A stretch of DNA of 64,000 nt from Euglena gracilis (lineage: Eukaryota). Every line of letters starts with the position of its first letter. The first letter of the stretch is position 1. Below are positions 12,330 through 25,400 of the stretch, piece after piece. The stretch spans positions 34,073,737 through 34,137,736 of the forward strand of contig CP154954.1 in the NCBI GenBank assembly GCA_039621445.1, given 5' to 3'. Below the pieces are notes generated by a model that worked only from the letters and a program-made list of their open reading frames with translations, was not told the origin of the DNA and did not search any database. The position numbers and the translations under genes are program-made.

Positions 12330-12533
12330 CTTTCTGATGACAAAAACAGCAAAAACCCACAAAACTAAGCAGTTGTGCTGGCACCAGAGGGGCTGTGACG
12401 GGTAATACCGTACAGAGCCTTCCGGAGCCTGCTCGTCTGCTTAGACGTTGACTAGAAGCCGGGAGCTGACGCTGCGACCGTGTAATAACGGTGCAGGGGC
12501 TCTCTGCTGCCAGTCAGCGTAGGATCGAACCAA

Positions 12534-12543
12534 TCTGCTACCA
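12534..12543 (-). promoter_or_regulatory. Second PBS (tRNA-iMet type) at the end of the inverted segment
   Basis: Minus strand reads TACACT-TGGTAGCAGA-TTGGTTCGATCCTAC, i.e. LTR tip plus PBS upstream of gag. Confidence 0.85.
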
Positions 12544-12556
12544 AGTGTAATACGTG

Positions 12557-15028
12557 ATAGCGTTCCAAAAGCATGTGCTTTTTGTGAAGGGTTCCAAAAT
12601 GCACCTGTTTCGCAAAATTATTAAGTTTTGCGGACACATCCTGAGCAACGGGCAGCGTAAAGCCGCACCCAGTAAGATGGAGGCCATTAGGAAATGGACT
12701 CGTGAGGTCATTAATACCTTAACGCATTTAAAGGTATTTTTGGGATTAGCCCAGTACTACGCGATTTACATGAAAGATTTTGCAAAAATCGCGGTACCCC
12801 TAACCCGACAACTCAAAAATCGGACACCCGATAACGCAAAAGTCATTTGGGATGACCAAATGCGCGAGGCCTTGAATAAAATCAAGGACTTGCTCCTCAA
12901 GAACGTGGTTCTCGATATCGCGGATCCATACAAACCGTATGTCCTGGAAGTCGACAGCAGCGATTACGCTGTTGGCGGGGTTCTTAGCCAGCATAATGCG
13001 GCGAATGAACTCCGACCTGTGGCTTTCTTTAGCAGGAAGCTACAGGGTGACAACGGGAAAGGACAGGTTAAATGGAGCATTCGCGAAAAGGAGACATATG
13101 CCATTGTGCTGATTCTCCAGAAGTTTCGCAGCTGGATAGCCAGCAGCTTGGTCCAGATACTAGTGTTGACGGATCATGAGAGCCTTCAACACTGGTATAC
13201 CGAGGACCTGAACAAGGCCATGTCATCAGTTGGCAGAAGATCCCGATGGCATGAGTTCTTGAGCCAGTTTAACCTGGTGGTAGTTTATACCCCAGGTCAT
13301 ACACAAAAAGTTGCGGATCCTCTCAGCCGAGCCCCCTGGTATTATCCTGGGAACCCGGATGAGGGTGATGCGACTTTTCATGGCAGCCATGAGGCTGACC
13401 AGTTCGCACGTCGATCCGACGCTGCGGACAACATGCTCGATTCACTACCGGTTTCCCGGGAGTATCGCAGCATCGCCATTTCACCATTGCGTGGAAGGCG
13501 CCGGCGTGGACGCACTGCCGGACCCCGTCGCATTACGCGTACGCAAACTCCTACCCCCCTATTTTTCCGCGAATGAGATTATTCGCGTGACCCTGTATAT
13601 AGTACCATTGTGAATAGACTTCGTAATGGTGAATCCATAGAGAATTACTCTCTATCACCATTGCGGCTTATTTTCCGGAATGATTCTGGTTATAAATATT
13701 GTATACCCCAAGACCTGGTTGATGATGTGATTTTGAGCTATCACAACCATGGTCACCCTGGGGCCCCCAAACTTCTTTCACTAGTGGGTCGCAGATATTG
13801 CACAACCCTGAGTGAAAAAGATTTATATTCGCGCTGTTTGCGAATTTCGCAACGGTGCCAAATTTGTCAGGCTGTGAAACCGCGCAGAGGTACCCCCCCT
13901 GGTACGATGGACTTTTTCCCCGTACCACCTGACATTTTTACGTCCCTCTGCATTGATTTTCTCGAACTTGAACCTTGCAAAGGATCAGATGACAGAATTT
14001 AAGATTACGTTTTTGTTGTCGTCTGTCGGCTGAGTGGGTACATAGTAGCCATTCCATGCCGGAAAGCAGGGTTGACAGCGCAAATTTTGGCATCTATATT
14101 CCTGGAAAAATGCATCTGCTTAATGGGTTTACCGAACGAAATCGTGAGTGATCAAGATCACTTGATCTCTTCGCGGTTTTTCACCACTTTGTGCGGTTTA
14201 CTCGGCATTGAGCAGCATTTTTCCATTATATACCGCCCGAAAGGCAATGGTAGAGCCGAGGCAGCCGTGAAATCCGTTGTCAATATGCTTCGCCTTTCAC
14301 TGGCTGACTCGGGTAAGAATTGGTTATCCGTTCTTCATTGGTGTTTATTTTACATCAATACCTTGCCAGGGTTGGTATTACCACACTCACCGTACAAAAT
14401 CGTTTTCGGACGAGACCCTCCGGCCATAGGGGATATCCGCTCGGAGAGACCCGCCCGAAGTAGCGTCAGCTGTGGAACGTGGTTTGCAGAAGTGGAATCA
14501 CTCCGCTCTGCAGTCCAATCACGTATCACAGAAATTCATTCCAACAAACGGAAATCGTTTTTACAAAACTTCAACACACCTGTGTATAGTCCAGGTGACC
14601 GCGTGTGGGTACGGAATAACCGCACCCGCATGCAATCTTCCAAGCTAGATCCTCTTTGGCTCGGCCCATGCGAAATTTTGGAGAGGTTAGGTAGTAGCGG
14701 GCGATATAAAGTTGCCTTGCCCAACGGGATTGAGGACGTCCATATGGACGACTTCAAACCGTACCTAAGCCCCCTAGACGGAAAAGCTATCCCCTGCCTA
14801 TATTTCAAGCCCCGTTCCAGATTACCTGAAACGGACGACTTTGTGGTCGATAAGATAATAGACCACAAGGTCGACAGGGGTGTGCACTACTGGAAAGTTC
14901 GCTGGAAAGGGTATGGGCCAGAGGAGGACACTTGGGAGCCAGCATCCAGTTTTGTTGGATATATCCAGCAGGATTGGAAGCTGTGGAACAAGCGCAATAA
15001 CATAGACATAAACATAAACACTTTCTGA
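12557..15028 (+). pseudogene. pol: pol 3' part: RT C-terminus, RNase H, integrase, chromodomain (two in-frame stops)
   Basis: KFCGH, FLGLAQYY; RNase H DSSDYAVGGVL/EKE/TDHESL/ADPLSR; integrase H-H-CC and D,D,E (IDFLE, SDQD, GRAE); chromodomain [25 protein letters not shown]. Three ORFs lie in one frame, split by TGA 13574 and TAA 14000. Confidence 0.95.
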
Positions 15029-15224
15029 AACGATTTCGTTTTGGGAGAATGCGTGTGTTTTATGTGAATGTTTCGCGTTTATAACCCCCCGTGCACTTCA
15101 TTCTTTCTCTATCTTTCTCGCAGAGCCTTTGATTAAGATAGAAGTTTCCTTTTTCAGTGCCACAGCACTCAAAGCGACTAACAACAAGGTTACCCTTAGT
15201 TGTCGTCGTCGTTCGGGTAGCATC

Positions 15225-16690
15225 ATGCTGCCTGGGCGCGGACCTGGACCAGGTCCACCATGGCCGCAGCCTTCTGGCGCGCCACACCCCCAGTACCCTC
15301 AGTATGCTGAGGCCCCGATTCCGGGTGCCCCACATCCTGAGAGGGTTTCAGCCCCGGTATTCGCCGCGGCTACCAGCAGCCGGTCCGCATATGCGGTACC
15401 AGATCCATCTGCCGTCCAGCAGCCGGCACCTCAGCCACCAGCGCAGCGCAGATCGCGCTTGCCCCCGTATGCGGGAGAGATGATCTTCCGCACTACGGAG
15501 ACGTTGGAGCGGGCGATGCGTATGTGCGCGCACCCCCCAACGGAGCCCTTTATGCAAGCCCTTTGGGATGCATACTGTGCTCAGCTGTTGGTGGTAGCCA
15601 ACACCCCTGTGGCTCAGTGGTGTCCCTGTGGTCAGGCCCTGATGACAGGGAGACGGTATTTCTCGTCGGCATCGGATTCCGGATTTGAACCCGGCGAGAC
15701 CATGATGGACCTGGGCGTGTATGTGCCGCCCATGCTGCAAACGCAGACGCCGGTGGGATCCCACACCGTGCATATGCGTGAGCACACGCCCCCACCGGTA
15801 GGTGAGGCTGTGCATGTCCCACCTGGGATGACAAGAATTTTTGCTCGCCCGCCCTCGCCGCAGCGAATGCCGCCACGCGAGCCGCCAGCGGAGCAATTTG
15901 TCTCGCGGTACGCGACGCACGCGGATTACCCGCGCGGCGCACGCGTTCTCCCAGCCGGACAGTCGGACGTGCCCCCTGAGGCATACGTCCAACACATGTT
16001 CACGCACTGGATGCCACAAGCATCACCGGTCGCCCCTGTCCCTGGCGTTGAGCCACGGAGGCGGGAGGAGCCCATAGTGGTGGAGGATGAACCTCCCCAC
16101 CGTGAGGCAGCCCGACCGCCCAGTGCAGCCCCTGTCCAGACTGGGGATGTTCCCCGTCGGCAGGAGACTTCGTACTACCACATGGCACCTCCGGGAACCG
16201 AGCAGGATGAGCTTGCTCGGAATTTCCTGCAGGAGCCAGTATTCACGTCTGAAGAGCACCGGGCGAGGTATTACTCCTCGCTGGCCGCCCTTCAGGGCCG
16301 TGGATACACCCCGTACTATCCGTACCAACCGCAGCTGCGGGTGGTGACCCCGGTATTACCCGGTGAGCCCCCGGCCGGAGCGGCAGGATTACCTGCCACC
16401 CTGAAGCGCGATAGGGTTACGGAGAACCTTACCCCACAGCCCAGGCGACCCAGCCCACGGGACGCGGAAGGCGGTGCGGCAATGCAGGTGGAAGCCAGCC
16501 AGGATACCCCGGCTGGGCAACCACCGGCAGTGGCACAGGCAGCGATGAGCCGTCCTGTTGCCGCAATGCCACCACCGATCCCTCCGGTATGGAAGGAGCC
16601 GCGACCCCCTACGCCGAAACCAAGCCCACGCCAGGCTCCTAGCCAGCGCCCAGCCACGCCGTCACCGCGACGTGCAGCGGAACGGCAAGG
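15225..16690 (+). pseudogene. Accessory ORF3 of element A, segment 1 (Pro-rich)
   Basis: Open from ATG 15225; cut by mini-element at AAGG TSD; rejoins 18372 in frame (AERQG|PSPEMEW). Confidence 0.75.
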
Positions 16691-17289
16691 TGTGAGCGCG
16701 GGCCAGATTTGAGATTTATTTTTGTAAGAACTGCCAGCAGAAATTAGGCATTGCCTCACAGAGATTTTGGGGAATTACATTTTTCACAGGCAAGCTGGCA
16801 AACAGTGTACAAGTTTGCGTGGGACTCTGAACTGGATTCAAAGTATCAAGTCTTGTCTTCTGGGGTGCTGTGTGGGGAAGTTTGGGAAGAAGACCCCTGA
16901 AGGCTGAAAAGTTGGAATTGGCCAGAAGTCTGATGTGGTGAAATTATCTGGACACACTGGACCATCCCCCAACTTGCACAAACTTGTATGAGATTTGCAG
17001 TGCAGAAAAGCCCCGTACAAACGTACCTGTGGAGCCGGGGACACTCAGAAGTGAAAAGGCATGGAAGTGGCAGGCCAGCTCAGCAGCAGAAGGGGGACAA
17101 GGCAGAGGAAGGCATCAGTTGGCACACAGTGAGATGCTGTGTTGGGCCACCATGATCAACTCTCCAGATGAAGCTAGCAGCAGGTGATCCTGGAGTTGGT
17201 GCTGCTGTGGGTCTTGGTTTGAGCCTGGGCTGAAGGACAGACGGAAATGTCAATCACAGCCCGCCATCATCATCAATAATCTCAATCTC

Positions 17290-17550
17290 CAAAATGTGTG
17301 TCAAGATGTCATTTCAGGGTCAAGTTCAAGTCAAGATGTCAAGTTCAATTTCAAGATCCCAAGGAATCTGTGGTGGAAGAAAGTTGTCATGTCAAGATTT
17401 CAATTTCCCAAGGTCAATCTGTGAAGGAGTTCTGTCATCATTTCCAAGATTTCAAGTTCCCAAGGTCAATCCGTGGAGGAGCCAAGGTGTGATGTCCAAG
17501 ATTTCAGTTTCCAAGTTCAAGATGTCAAGTTTCAACGTCACTGGTCAAGT
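17290..17550 (+). repeat. Low-complexity TCAAG-rich repeat inside the mini-element
   Basis: tcaagatgtc, tcaagttc and ccaagatttc motifs recur about every 10-25 bp. Confidence 0.7.
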
Positions 17551-17971
17551 TCCCCCTGGAGATTTCGGCGCGAGGAGCCTGACCTCGTAAAAAACAGTGA
17601 TCAGGGTTGTGCAACAACCCTACAAATGCACATCTGGTGATCATCTTCAAGTTTGTCAACCTGTTGCTGCTGTGATGGCTGTGGTGTGTGCCGCCTCCCC
17701 GTTCGGTGCTGGGCCGCTTCAAGGGGGCTCTGCTCCGGTTTGGCTCGGCGGGGGTCGCCGAAGCCCCGGCTGGACCCCATGGGGGGTCATGTTGTACGGG
17801 GTAGGTCGTACGACATGGCTCTCTAAGGTGGAAAGGCTGGGGTGGAGGTAGACGGGCCCCACATGGTATTTATCTGTGGATTTGGACATGATTACGATTA
17901 TCTGTGGATGCGAAGATTTTACAATTTAAATGCGAGAACCGCCATTCGTCACTTTTCCATGTCGCTGCTGC

Positions 17972-17993
17972 GTGTGTGTGTGTGTGTGTGTGT
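17972..17993 (+). repeat. (GT)n microsatellite
   Basis: About 11 GT units. Confidence 0.9.
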
Positions 17994-18371
17994 TGAATTT
18001 TTATCTCCGGCCCGCTCATTTTTTACTTCCGTTTTGGACAATTGCCTGGCAATTGTTTTTGGGAAGGGGGGTGTGAGCGCGGGCCAGATTTGAGAATTAT
18101 TTTTGTAAGAACTGCCAGCAGAAATTAGGCATTGCCTCACAGAGATTTTGGGGAATTACATTTTTCACAGGCAAGCTGGCAAACAGTGTACAAGTTTGCG
18201 TGGGACTCTGAACTGGATTCAAAGTATCAAGTCTTGTCTTCTGGGGTGCTGTGTGGGGAAGTTTGGGAAGAAGACCCCTGAAGGCTGAAAAGTTGGAATT
18301 GGCCAGAAGTCTGATGTGGTGAAATTATCTGGACACACTGGACCATCCCCCAACTTGCAAACTTGCAAAGG

Positions 18372-21300
18372 TCCCTCCCCAGAGATGGAATGGGAAGGTA
18401 CCGAACCGACTCCTGCCGCACCGAGCGCCCGACCCTCTGGTATTCGCCAGACAGGGAAGGACAAAGGTAAGGCTGAGGGCAAAGGCAAGGGAGAAGGCAA
18501 AGGCGTGGCCGGCAAAGGTAAGGGTGAGGGCAAGGGTAAGGGTACAGCCCGTGAGGAGGAGGAAGAACCAGCAGAAGTCCTCTCGGACTTTGAGCAAATG
18601 CTCAGGTTCAAGGAGGAGCTGGAGGACGAAGGCTGGCGAATGCAGCATGATTACCATGTGGCAGGAAACCGCCCCGTCACCCCTCCGGAAGCAGTCATCG
18701 AGGTGGTATTACACCACACCGAAAACCGAGTCAGACAATTCCATTACGGAATTGACCTGTACGCCTTCGAAGGTGAAGGTGGCAGACCCTTGCTGGATAT
18801 CCAGCCGGGTTTCTGGGAACTCTGGTTTTGGCTGGGATACCCCTGCCAGAACTGGGGTCTCTTCAGCGACTCCACTGGCCGCAGTTACCTGCACCAGTTA
18901 GGATTTCGGGACCAGCATGTGTTGGCCCGAAGGCTGAATGCAATCTTCGACTGTATTCACACAGTCGGGCCCCTCGGTGTGCAGTGGAAATACTACCCGC
19001 TGAACCCCGACATCAAACGCCTGATCGAGGTGTTGTGGTGCAACAACCTCCACGTGTGGCTGGTGAGCCATTACGGCTCCACCTTCCGCGTTAGGCGTGT
19101 TTCCCTGGCTTACCCGCAGAGGTATGACCTCTGCTGTAAGTACTGCCGGCAGGAATTTCCTGTCGACTTCTGGGGATTCGGCGTGCGCGGAAGTCCTCCA
19201 CCGCCTCGGGATAACCCGGGCCTGGAGATGGGACGCCGCATGCTTATGCATGTGTGCCGCGACGCCCCGGATGTCCAGGGCAAAAGTCGCCGCGTCCACA
19301 AGCAGCGTATTTTTATGCTGCAGCAGTTCTGGTGGCGAGCCTGGACCACCTATGTCATGGAGGTGTATATACATCTCCGTGACCCCTAGGACGATAGGCC
19401 TGGTATGGACAGTTTGCCACCAGACTAAGGCGACCCCGTTGAAGGACCCCGTCGTCGTCGGGTTATCGCTGACCTGCGCCCCAACTGGCACCTGGCCGGG
19501 ATAGACCTGGAGGAACATTTGAGGCGACAGTTTGGCGGTACCCTCGACAGGGAGGTATTCCTCCAGCTGATGACTTACCCGAAGGCCATCCTCGACCTAG
19601 GTACGCCGATTCTGGCATGCGTGCAGGAGTTCGAGGAGGGCTTTTTCGAGGTCTGGGAGGACACGCGTTACCGCGGTTTCCTGGGCCCGAACAGGCCTGC
19701 AAACGCTTGGGTGCAGCCATCATGGCCGCCACCCTGGCCCAACAGCGCCAGTAGCAGTACGCTGGCCTTTTACAGGCTGGCGGATGCCCAGGGATGCCGA
19801 TGGCACCCCGACGATCCTCGTTCGCCCGAGGATCTGCGCGCCTTCATCGCCCCAGAGGATGAACCTCTGGCGCGAAGGAGACGGGAGGCGTCAGTCGCTT
19901 CCACCACCGCGATTCCACGGCAGGAGGAACGCGACCGCAGCCCCTCCGTCACCATTCTGGAGGCAGCGCCGCCGTCTCCGACAGGAACGGCTGTATCCTT
20001 CGTCTCTGCCCCGCGAGCGGCAGGGGAACGATCGGTTTCCCCGGCCCCCGCGACGGCTCTCGTCTGTCCACCGGTAGGTGGAGACCAGGAACTTCCTGAG
20101 GAGGAAGGTGAGAACGTGGAGGATATCCTCTACGCTGCTCTGCATGCTCCGGCACAGCCTCGGCCAGACGAAGCACCCGCAGGGGATATACCTGTGGCTG
20201 CTACGCCTGTCCCAACGGCTGAGCCTCCAGCCGAGATGACTGGTATGGTCGTCGAGGATATCCTCGAAGAACCTACCAGCCCCGCAGCACGCACCTCATT
20301 AGGAGGCCGTGTGCTCGGCGCCGTAGTCACCGGCATTACTGCCGTGGCTGCTGCACTCACGCCACGAGGTGGAGGCGTAGCGTCAAGCTCCGCCGCTGAG
20401 GTCGTGGAGACACCAGATGTCGGTGTCCCCACACCCCCATCTCCGGCAGCAGTGCAACCACCATCAGGGGATGAACCCCGACCGACAGAGCCATCTGTCG
20501 CACCGGCTACACCGGAGGATCAACCTCCTGTAGCACCTGCGCCAGCGGTTGTGGAGGATCAACCTCCTAGACCGGATGTCGAAATGGAAGTGGAGGAGAT
20601 ACCTCCACGACCACCGACACCGCGCAGGGTCCCTGCCGTCCCGAGGACAATGGCAGAGTTTCTGGGAGCGCCAGCGCCTGTGGAAGCACCGATTCCGGTG
20701 ACGACCACAGTGCCACGCCTCGTCGGACAGGACGAACCTGCTCGGCGACGGCCGGCTGAACAACCCCAGGAACGAGTGCCGACCCCTCGGAGCGTCATGC
20801 GCGACCCAGCGGTCAGTATGCCCGCTTCGCCCAGACGGCAAACGTCTACTCCGGCACCATCGGCTCCTGATACCAGGAGTAAGCCGCAGGCGTCACCTCC
20901 TGATTCCGGGAGTGCGAAGCCGAAAGGAGGCAAACCGGGTGCTGCACCCTGTAAGCCCCCTTCCAAAGGCGGTGATGGGAAACCACCACCGAAAGGTGGC
21001 GCTGGAGGTCAGACTGGCAGACAGCCGAAAGGCCCTACGACAATGCACGACTATTCGGCCATTGCATCGTCCGGGTACGGCCAGAGCAAACCGAAAGGTA
21101 AGGCTCGTGGTCGACAGGCCCAATCTTCCGCCGGATCGACGGATGAGGAGCAGGATGAACCTGTTTCACCTCCTGTGCCTGCGGATGCCCAGCTCTGGAC
21201 CCAGGATATCCTGACCAGACTAGGCACCGTGGAAGAGAGGACGAGGAAACTGGCTGCTATTAGGCACCAGACAGGGTCACTGAATCGATGGATTCAGCCC

Positions 21301-21820
21301 CTCTTCGTCCGCGGAGAACCTTTCCACTATGTCCCGGAACATACCTGGACATTCTGGAACTGGCGCTCACCCAGAGTACTGGCACAGTACTTTGGCGAGG
21401 ACTGCGTGTTGGACTTCCAGCACGGCACGTCCTTTGCCTGGACGTGCACCGTGTGCCACCATGTGCGGCACAACCAACCGCTTGTGCATGTGTGCAAGCG
21501 GCAGGTGCAATCCTCGTGGTTCCATCACAGGGCATATGTACCGAACTGTGTGGCGCTCGTATGTGGCGAGTGCCTGAATGCCTGGAAGCACAGCTTGAAC
21601 TACTCCTACAGTGAGAATGCTCACGACAGGGATATCCCTGCCTTGTGCATCAACTGTATAGGAGGCAAGTTCGTGCAGACTGCTGATGGAGCAGTCACCA
21701 CCATTGTCCCCCAGCACTGGGAGACACTGGAGAAGTGGAAGAAGGAGTACAAGCAGGTGGAAGGCCGCCTGAAGCACTCCGAGTTCAAAAAGGTAGAAAG
21801 CTACCGCCACACGGGAATGG
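18372..21820 (+). pseudogene. Accessory ORF3, segment 2 (GK repeats, Cys/His clusters, Pro/Ala-rich linker)
   Basis: ORFs 18316 and 19519 share a frame, separated only by TAG 19387 and TAA 19426; cut by element B at the AATGG TSD. Confidence 0.75.
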
Positions 21821-22230
21821 TGTGTACCAGGCAGCATGAACATGGCACTGTGCATAGCAGCAGACTGCGAAATGTACAATGTCATGCCAGATAGTACTAT
21901 TCCATGTTCTGCAATACAAATTGCAGAATTAGGAATAGCCTATCCTATCTCGGATCTGCCTTCCCTTTCACAGGTGGTATTATTTTATTCTTCTCATCAA
22001 AAGCCTGATCAAAGGCAATTTCAATTCCAACACTCCGATTGGAGAACACTTGTGGAACTAGTTTCCAAAGAAACCCTCTGGTTTGCCTTGTGCTCTGCAT
22101 AAGCCCAAAGGCAATAAAAACTAATAGTTAAGTGAAAGACTTTCTTTTTTGTTACTCTCCTGGTTCTGTTCCCACGGGAGGGTGTAAGTAGGCCGACAGG
22201 CAGTGGGAATAGAGTCAGGGGACGTACACT
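21821..22230 (+). repeat. 5' LTR of element B
   Basis: TGTGTACC...GTACACT followed by TGGTAGCAGA. Confidence 0.93.
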
Positions 22231-22240
22231 TGGTAGCAGA
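22231..22240 (+). promoter_or_regulatory. PBS (tRNA-iMet type) of element B
   Basis: TGGTAGCAGA abutting the LTR. Confidence 0.85.
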
Positions 22241-22470
22241 TTAGGTTTCTTTCCTACGCCCCTTCTCCCCCCCATCTTAACAGGTGACTTCAAACAGTGA
22301 GTGGTGCGCAGCCTATAGGCTACAAAGCATCCACGAGTTGTTTGGAGCCAACTTATAAGCACAGGTACGAGCTTCAGGAGGCTCTGGGCAGTATACACTG
22401 CCACATCCTTCTAAGTTTGTTCCTTTGCTTACTTTTTGGGGTTTCTTGTGTTTTTTCTGCAAATAAAAAT

Positions 22471-25400
22471 ATGCAGAGCTCAAGCACCAACACACTCATT
22501 GATTACCAAGAATTGATTGGTTCTTTGAGAAGCACTTCACATGAATTGTCACAAGAGGAGTATACGCTCCAGTCCAGGTATACCCCAAGCTCTATAGAGC
22601 ATCCCCACGACAAAATTTCCAGCTCTATTGAGCATCTCCCCACCCCAATGGTTTCCAGCTCTATTGAGCACCCCCCCACCCCAGTTTTCAGCTCTATTGA
22701 GCATCCCCTTACCGTAATTTTCAGCTCTACCGAGCATTCCCCCACCCCGCTTTCCAGCTCTATCGAGCATTCCCCCCACAGCTCTATCGAGCAAGCCCCC
22801 ACCCAATGGGTGCCACACCTAACGGTGTCCAGCTCTATCGAGCATCCCCCCACAGTGGCCAGCTCTATCGAGCAATTACCTCCAACCCCCAGCTCTATAG
22901 AGCATTCCCCCACCGTTCTCAGCTCTATCGAGCATTCCAACACCCAAAGGGTGCAATACCTAACGGTGTCAAGCTCCATCGAGCATTTCCCCACCCATGA
23001 GTTTCCACACCTAACGGTGTTTGATTTAGGCGATAACCCCTCTGCGCAATGGGTGCAACGCCTATCGGCGTGTGGCTCTATCGAGCAACCCAGCGCCCAG
23101 TTTGATTGTCAATTTTTGCTGCAAAGTCACGCACCTTGTGGTAACTCTCTGCATGAGGATGTCGCAACGGTGCCTACAGGCACAATTCGCAAACAAACCA
23201 CTGATGTGGTTTATCGCATGTTGCCAAAGGAGGCATTTTTGCACATGCAACATAGTTTGCAAAGGTTGATTACAAAATTGGAGCCAATAACGGCACTTTT
23301 TGAGCACAAAAATCCTGATATGGGAGCTTTTGTTACGTTGGAGCAGTTCACTGCATTCCAGGAAGCGCAACAGCGCATTATGCAACTGAGCCGTGAATCA
23401 GCAAATTTTCACCATACGCACACCCAACGTGGTGAAGGTTTCGCTTCCAGCACTTATGTGCAGCAATTGGAGGAAAGACTTTCCCGGTTGGAGCGAAACT
23501 CATGCAGGTGTGGTGAAAATTCTGCTGAAATAACAAGTTTTTACACCCATATCGCGAATATCGCAAGCAGGCAGGATGCGTTCCACCAACGGTGGCAGAA
23601 TAATATTGTTGACATCCAAACCGCAATTGCGGAGTTGCAGAACCGCAATGTGGTACCATGTTCGCATAATTTAGAATTTCAGCGATTTTCTGCAGATATG
23701 CGTGATGAAAATCACCAAGTCAAGAAGAATTTTTGTGACGGTCCGATACGGACTGAGGAAACAGTGAATCAGCAAGTCAAAAAGTTGCAGAAAGATTTCG
23801 CAGCGCTATCCGCGCAAGTTTCGGTGTTTTTGGAACAGCCAATGGCTGAAAACGTGCGGAATCCGCAAAATACCCCTCCTTCCAAACCACCTCCACAACT
23901 GGAGCCTATTTCCGAAGCGGTGCACACTCTAGCTGTGCGACTACGGGAATTGGAAAGTGGTTTTGGAAAAATTTCGCAAGATTTCCGGTCTTTTTCTGAC
24001 AAAATCCCTCTTCTGGACGATATGTCCAAACACCGCAGGCGTATTAAGCGTTTGCAGGAAGATATTGGTGCAATCACCGATCATCTGAAAATTCTCGATG
24101 GTTTGGAGAAAAATTTTGGTGACTTCACAGAAAATTTGGATCAAGTACACGCACAATTGCGTTTATTACCACAAAAACCCGATACGGGTGTTGTAGGCAC
24201 ACTTGCCGCAGATTCCAGCTCCAAAAGCGCCAATAGCGCACCTGTGGCGGAGCCTATTGGCACATTGCCACAAAATTACGATTCTGCTCATGCAGTGGTC
24301 CCTCCCCCAGCGGTACCAGTCCCAATGGACCATTTTTTGGATGATGGGGTTGGTTTTCAAGAGAAAGCCAAGCGAAACCCTCAAAGAAATCGAAAAATTT
24401 GGGAATATGAACTTTGTCGCGGTATGAGCCGCACTCCCGCACATGGAATTGATCCTGAGATGCATCAGCATCACCATTCGCGCATTCGCGATTCACCAAG
24501 TTTGCAAGGTACCTATGGTACACCAAGTGGAATATTGAATGCGCATTCGCAAAATACACCCAAAAGTACACTTGGTGCAACCACCGAGGTACCCGCGCAT
24601 GGTGCGGTTTTGCGCCCAGGCCCATCCTCCTTGAATACCACCGAAGGGCCATGGGAGTCTCAGAAAGATATCAAAGGAATCATCGCTATCGCGAAAAAGG
24701 TAAAGCCCCAATGGGACGGTGACCCAACAACATGGAAACAGTTTTTCCGTGATTGGGAATATTATTGGGATCTGAAAGGATCAACCCACAACGTAAACCC
24801 AGAGGTAATCAAAATGGAATTCGTAGATTGTCTACCAAAAGATGAAAAGGAACGCGCCAGACAATTGGTCATTCGCGGGCGCATTTCTTTTCAGGATTTG
24901 GTTGAGCAATATGCTTCATCATGTTCCAGTTTGGTTTCCAGAATCACTCTGGAGAAAAAATGGCGGCAATATGCCCCCCATGACCGAAAATGGAGGTCGA
25001 TAGACCTATGGTACTCAAAATGGCTCGCATTGGCAGCCGAAGTAGACGAGTTAGGCGAAACCCAAATGAAAGAGCAATTTGACGCAGTATTGCTGCACTT
25101 TATACCCAAACTCATCAAAGATATTCACCGCGAGGAACTCGCAGGACATATTTTGACGCTCGATGAGCGATGGAACTATGTTTCCAAACAGTTGAAGCTA
25201 TCACAGCTTTTAGGACAAATCCAGTCGGCTTATACGAGCCACCCCACAGCAGAAATACCCGCTATACAAGTCAATTATGTGAAAAAAGTGTCACGCTTAT
25301 CACATACCGCTATAGCGGAATCCAAATTGCGCAATTCGCGCTCTTCAGAAGAATTTTCGGACAAATTGTGCTTTTTGTGTAACAAAAAGGGTCATATATC

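Larger units (their letters stand above)
16691..18367 (+). mobile_element. TRIM-like non-autonomous LTR mini-element
   Basis: ~297-bp direct repeats (16691-16988, 18072-18367), TG...CA outer ends, TSD AAGG (16687-16690, 18368-18371), purine tract GGGAAGGGGGG before the right repeat, non-coding interior. Confidence 0.8.

Noticed and set aside
13574-14002. In-frame stops in pol as programmed recoding or an alternative genetic code
   Set aside because: Different codons (TGA, TAA) at plausible Trp/Tyr positions in an element already inactivated by inversion and insertion; gag B and other long frames read normally in the standard code.
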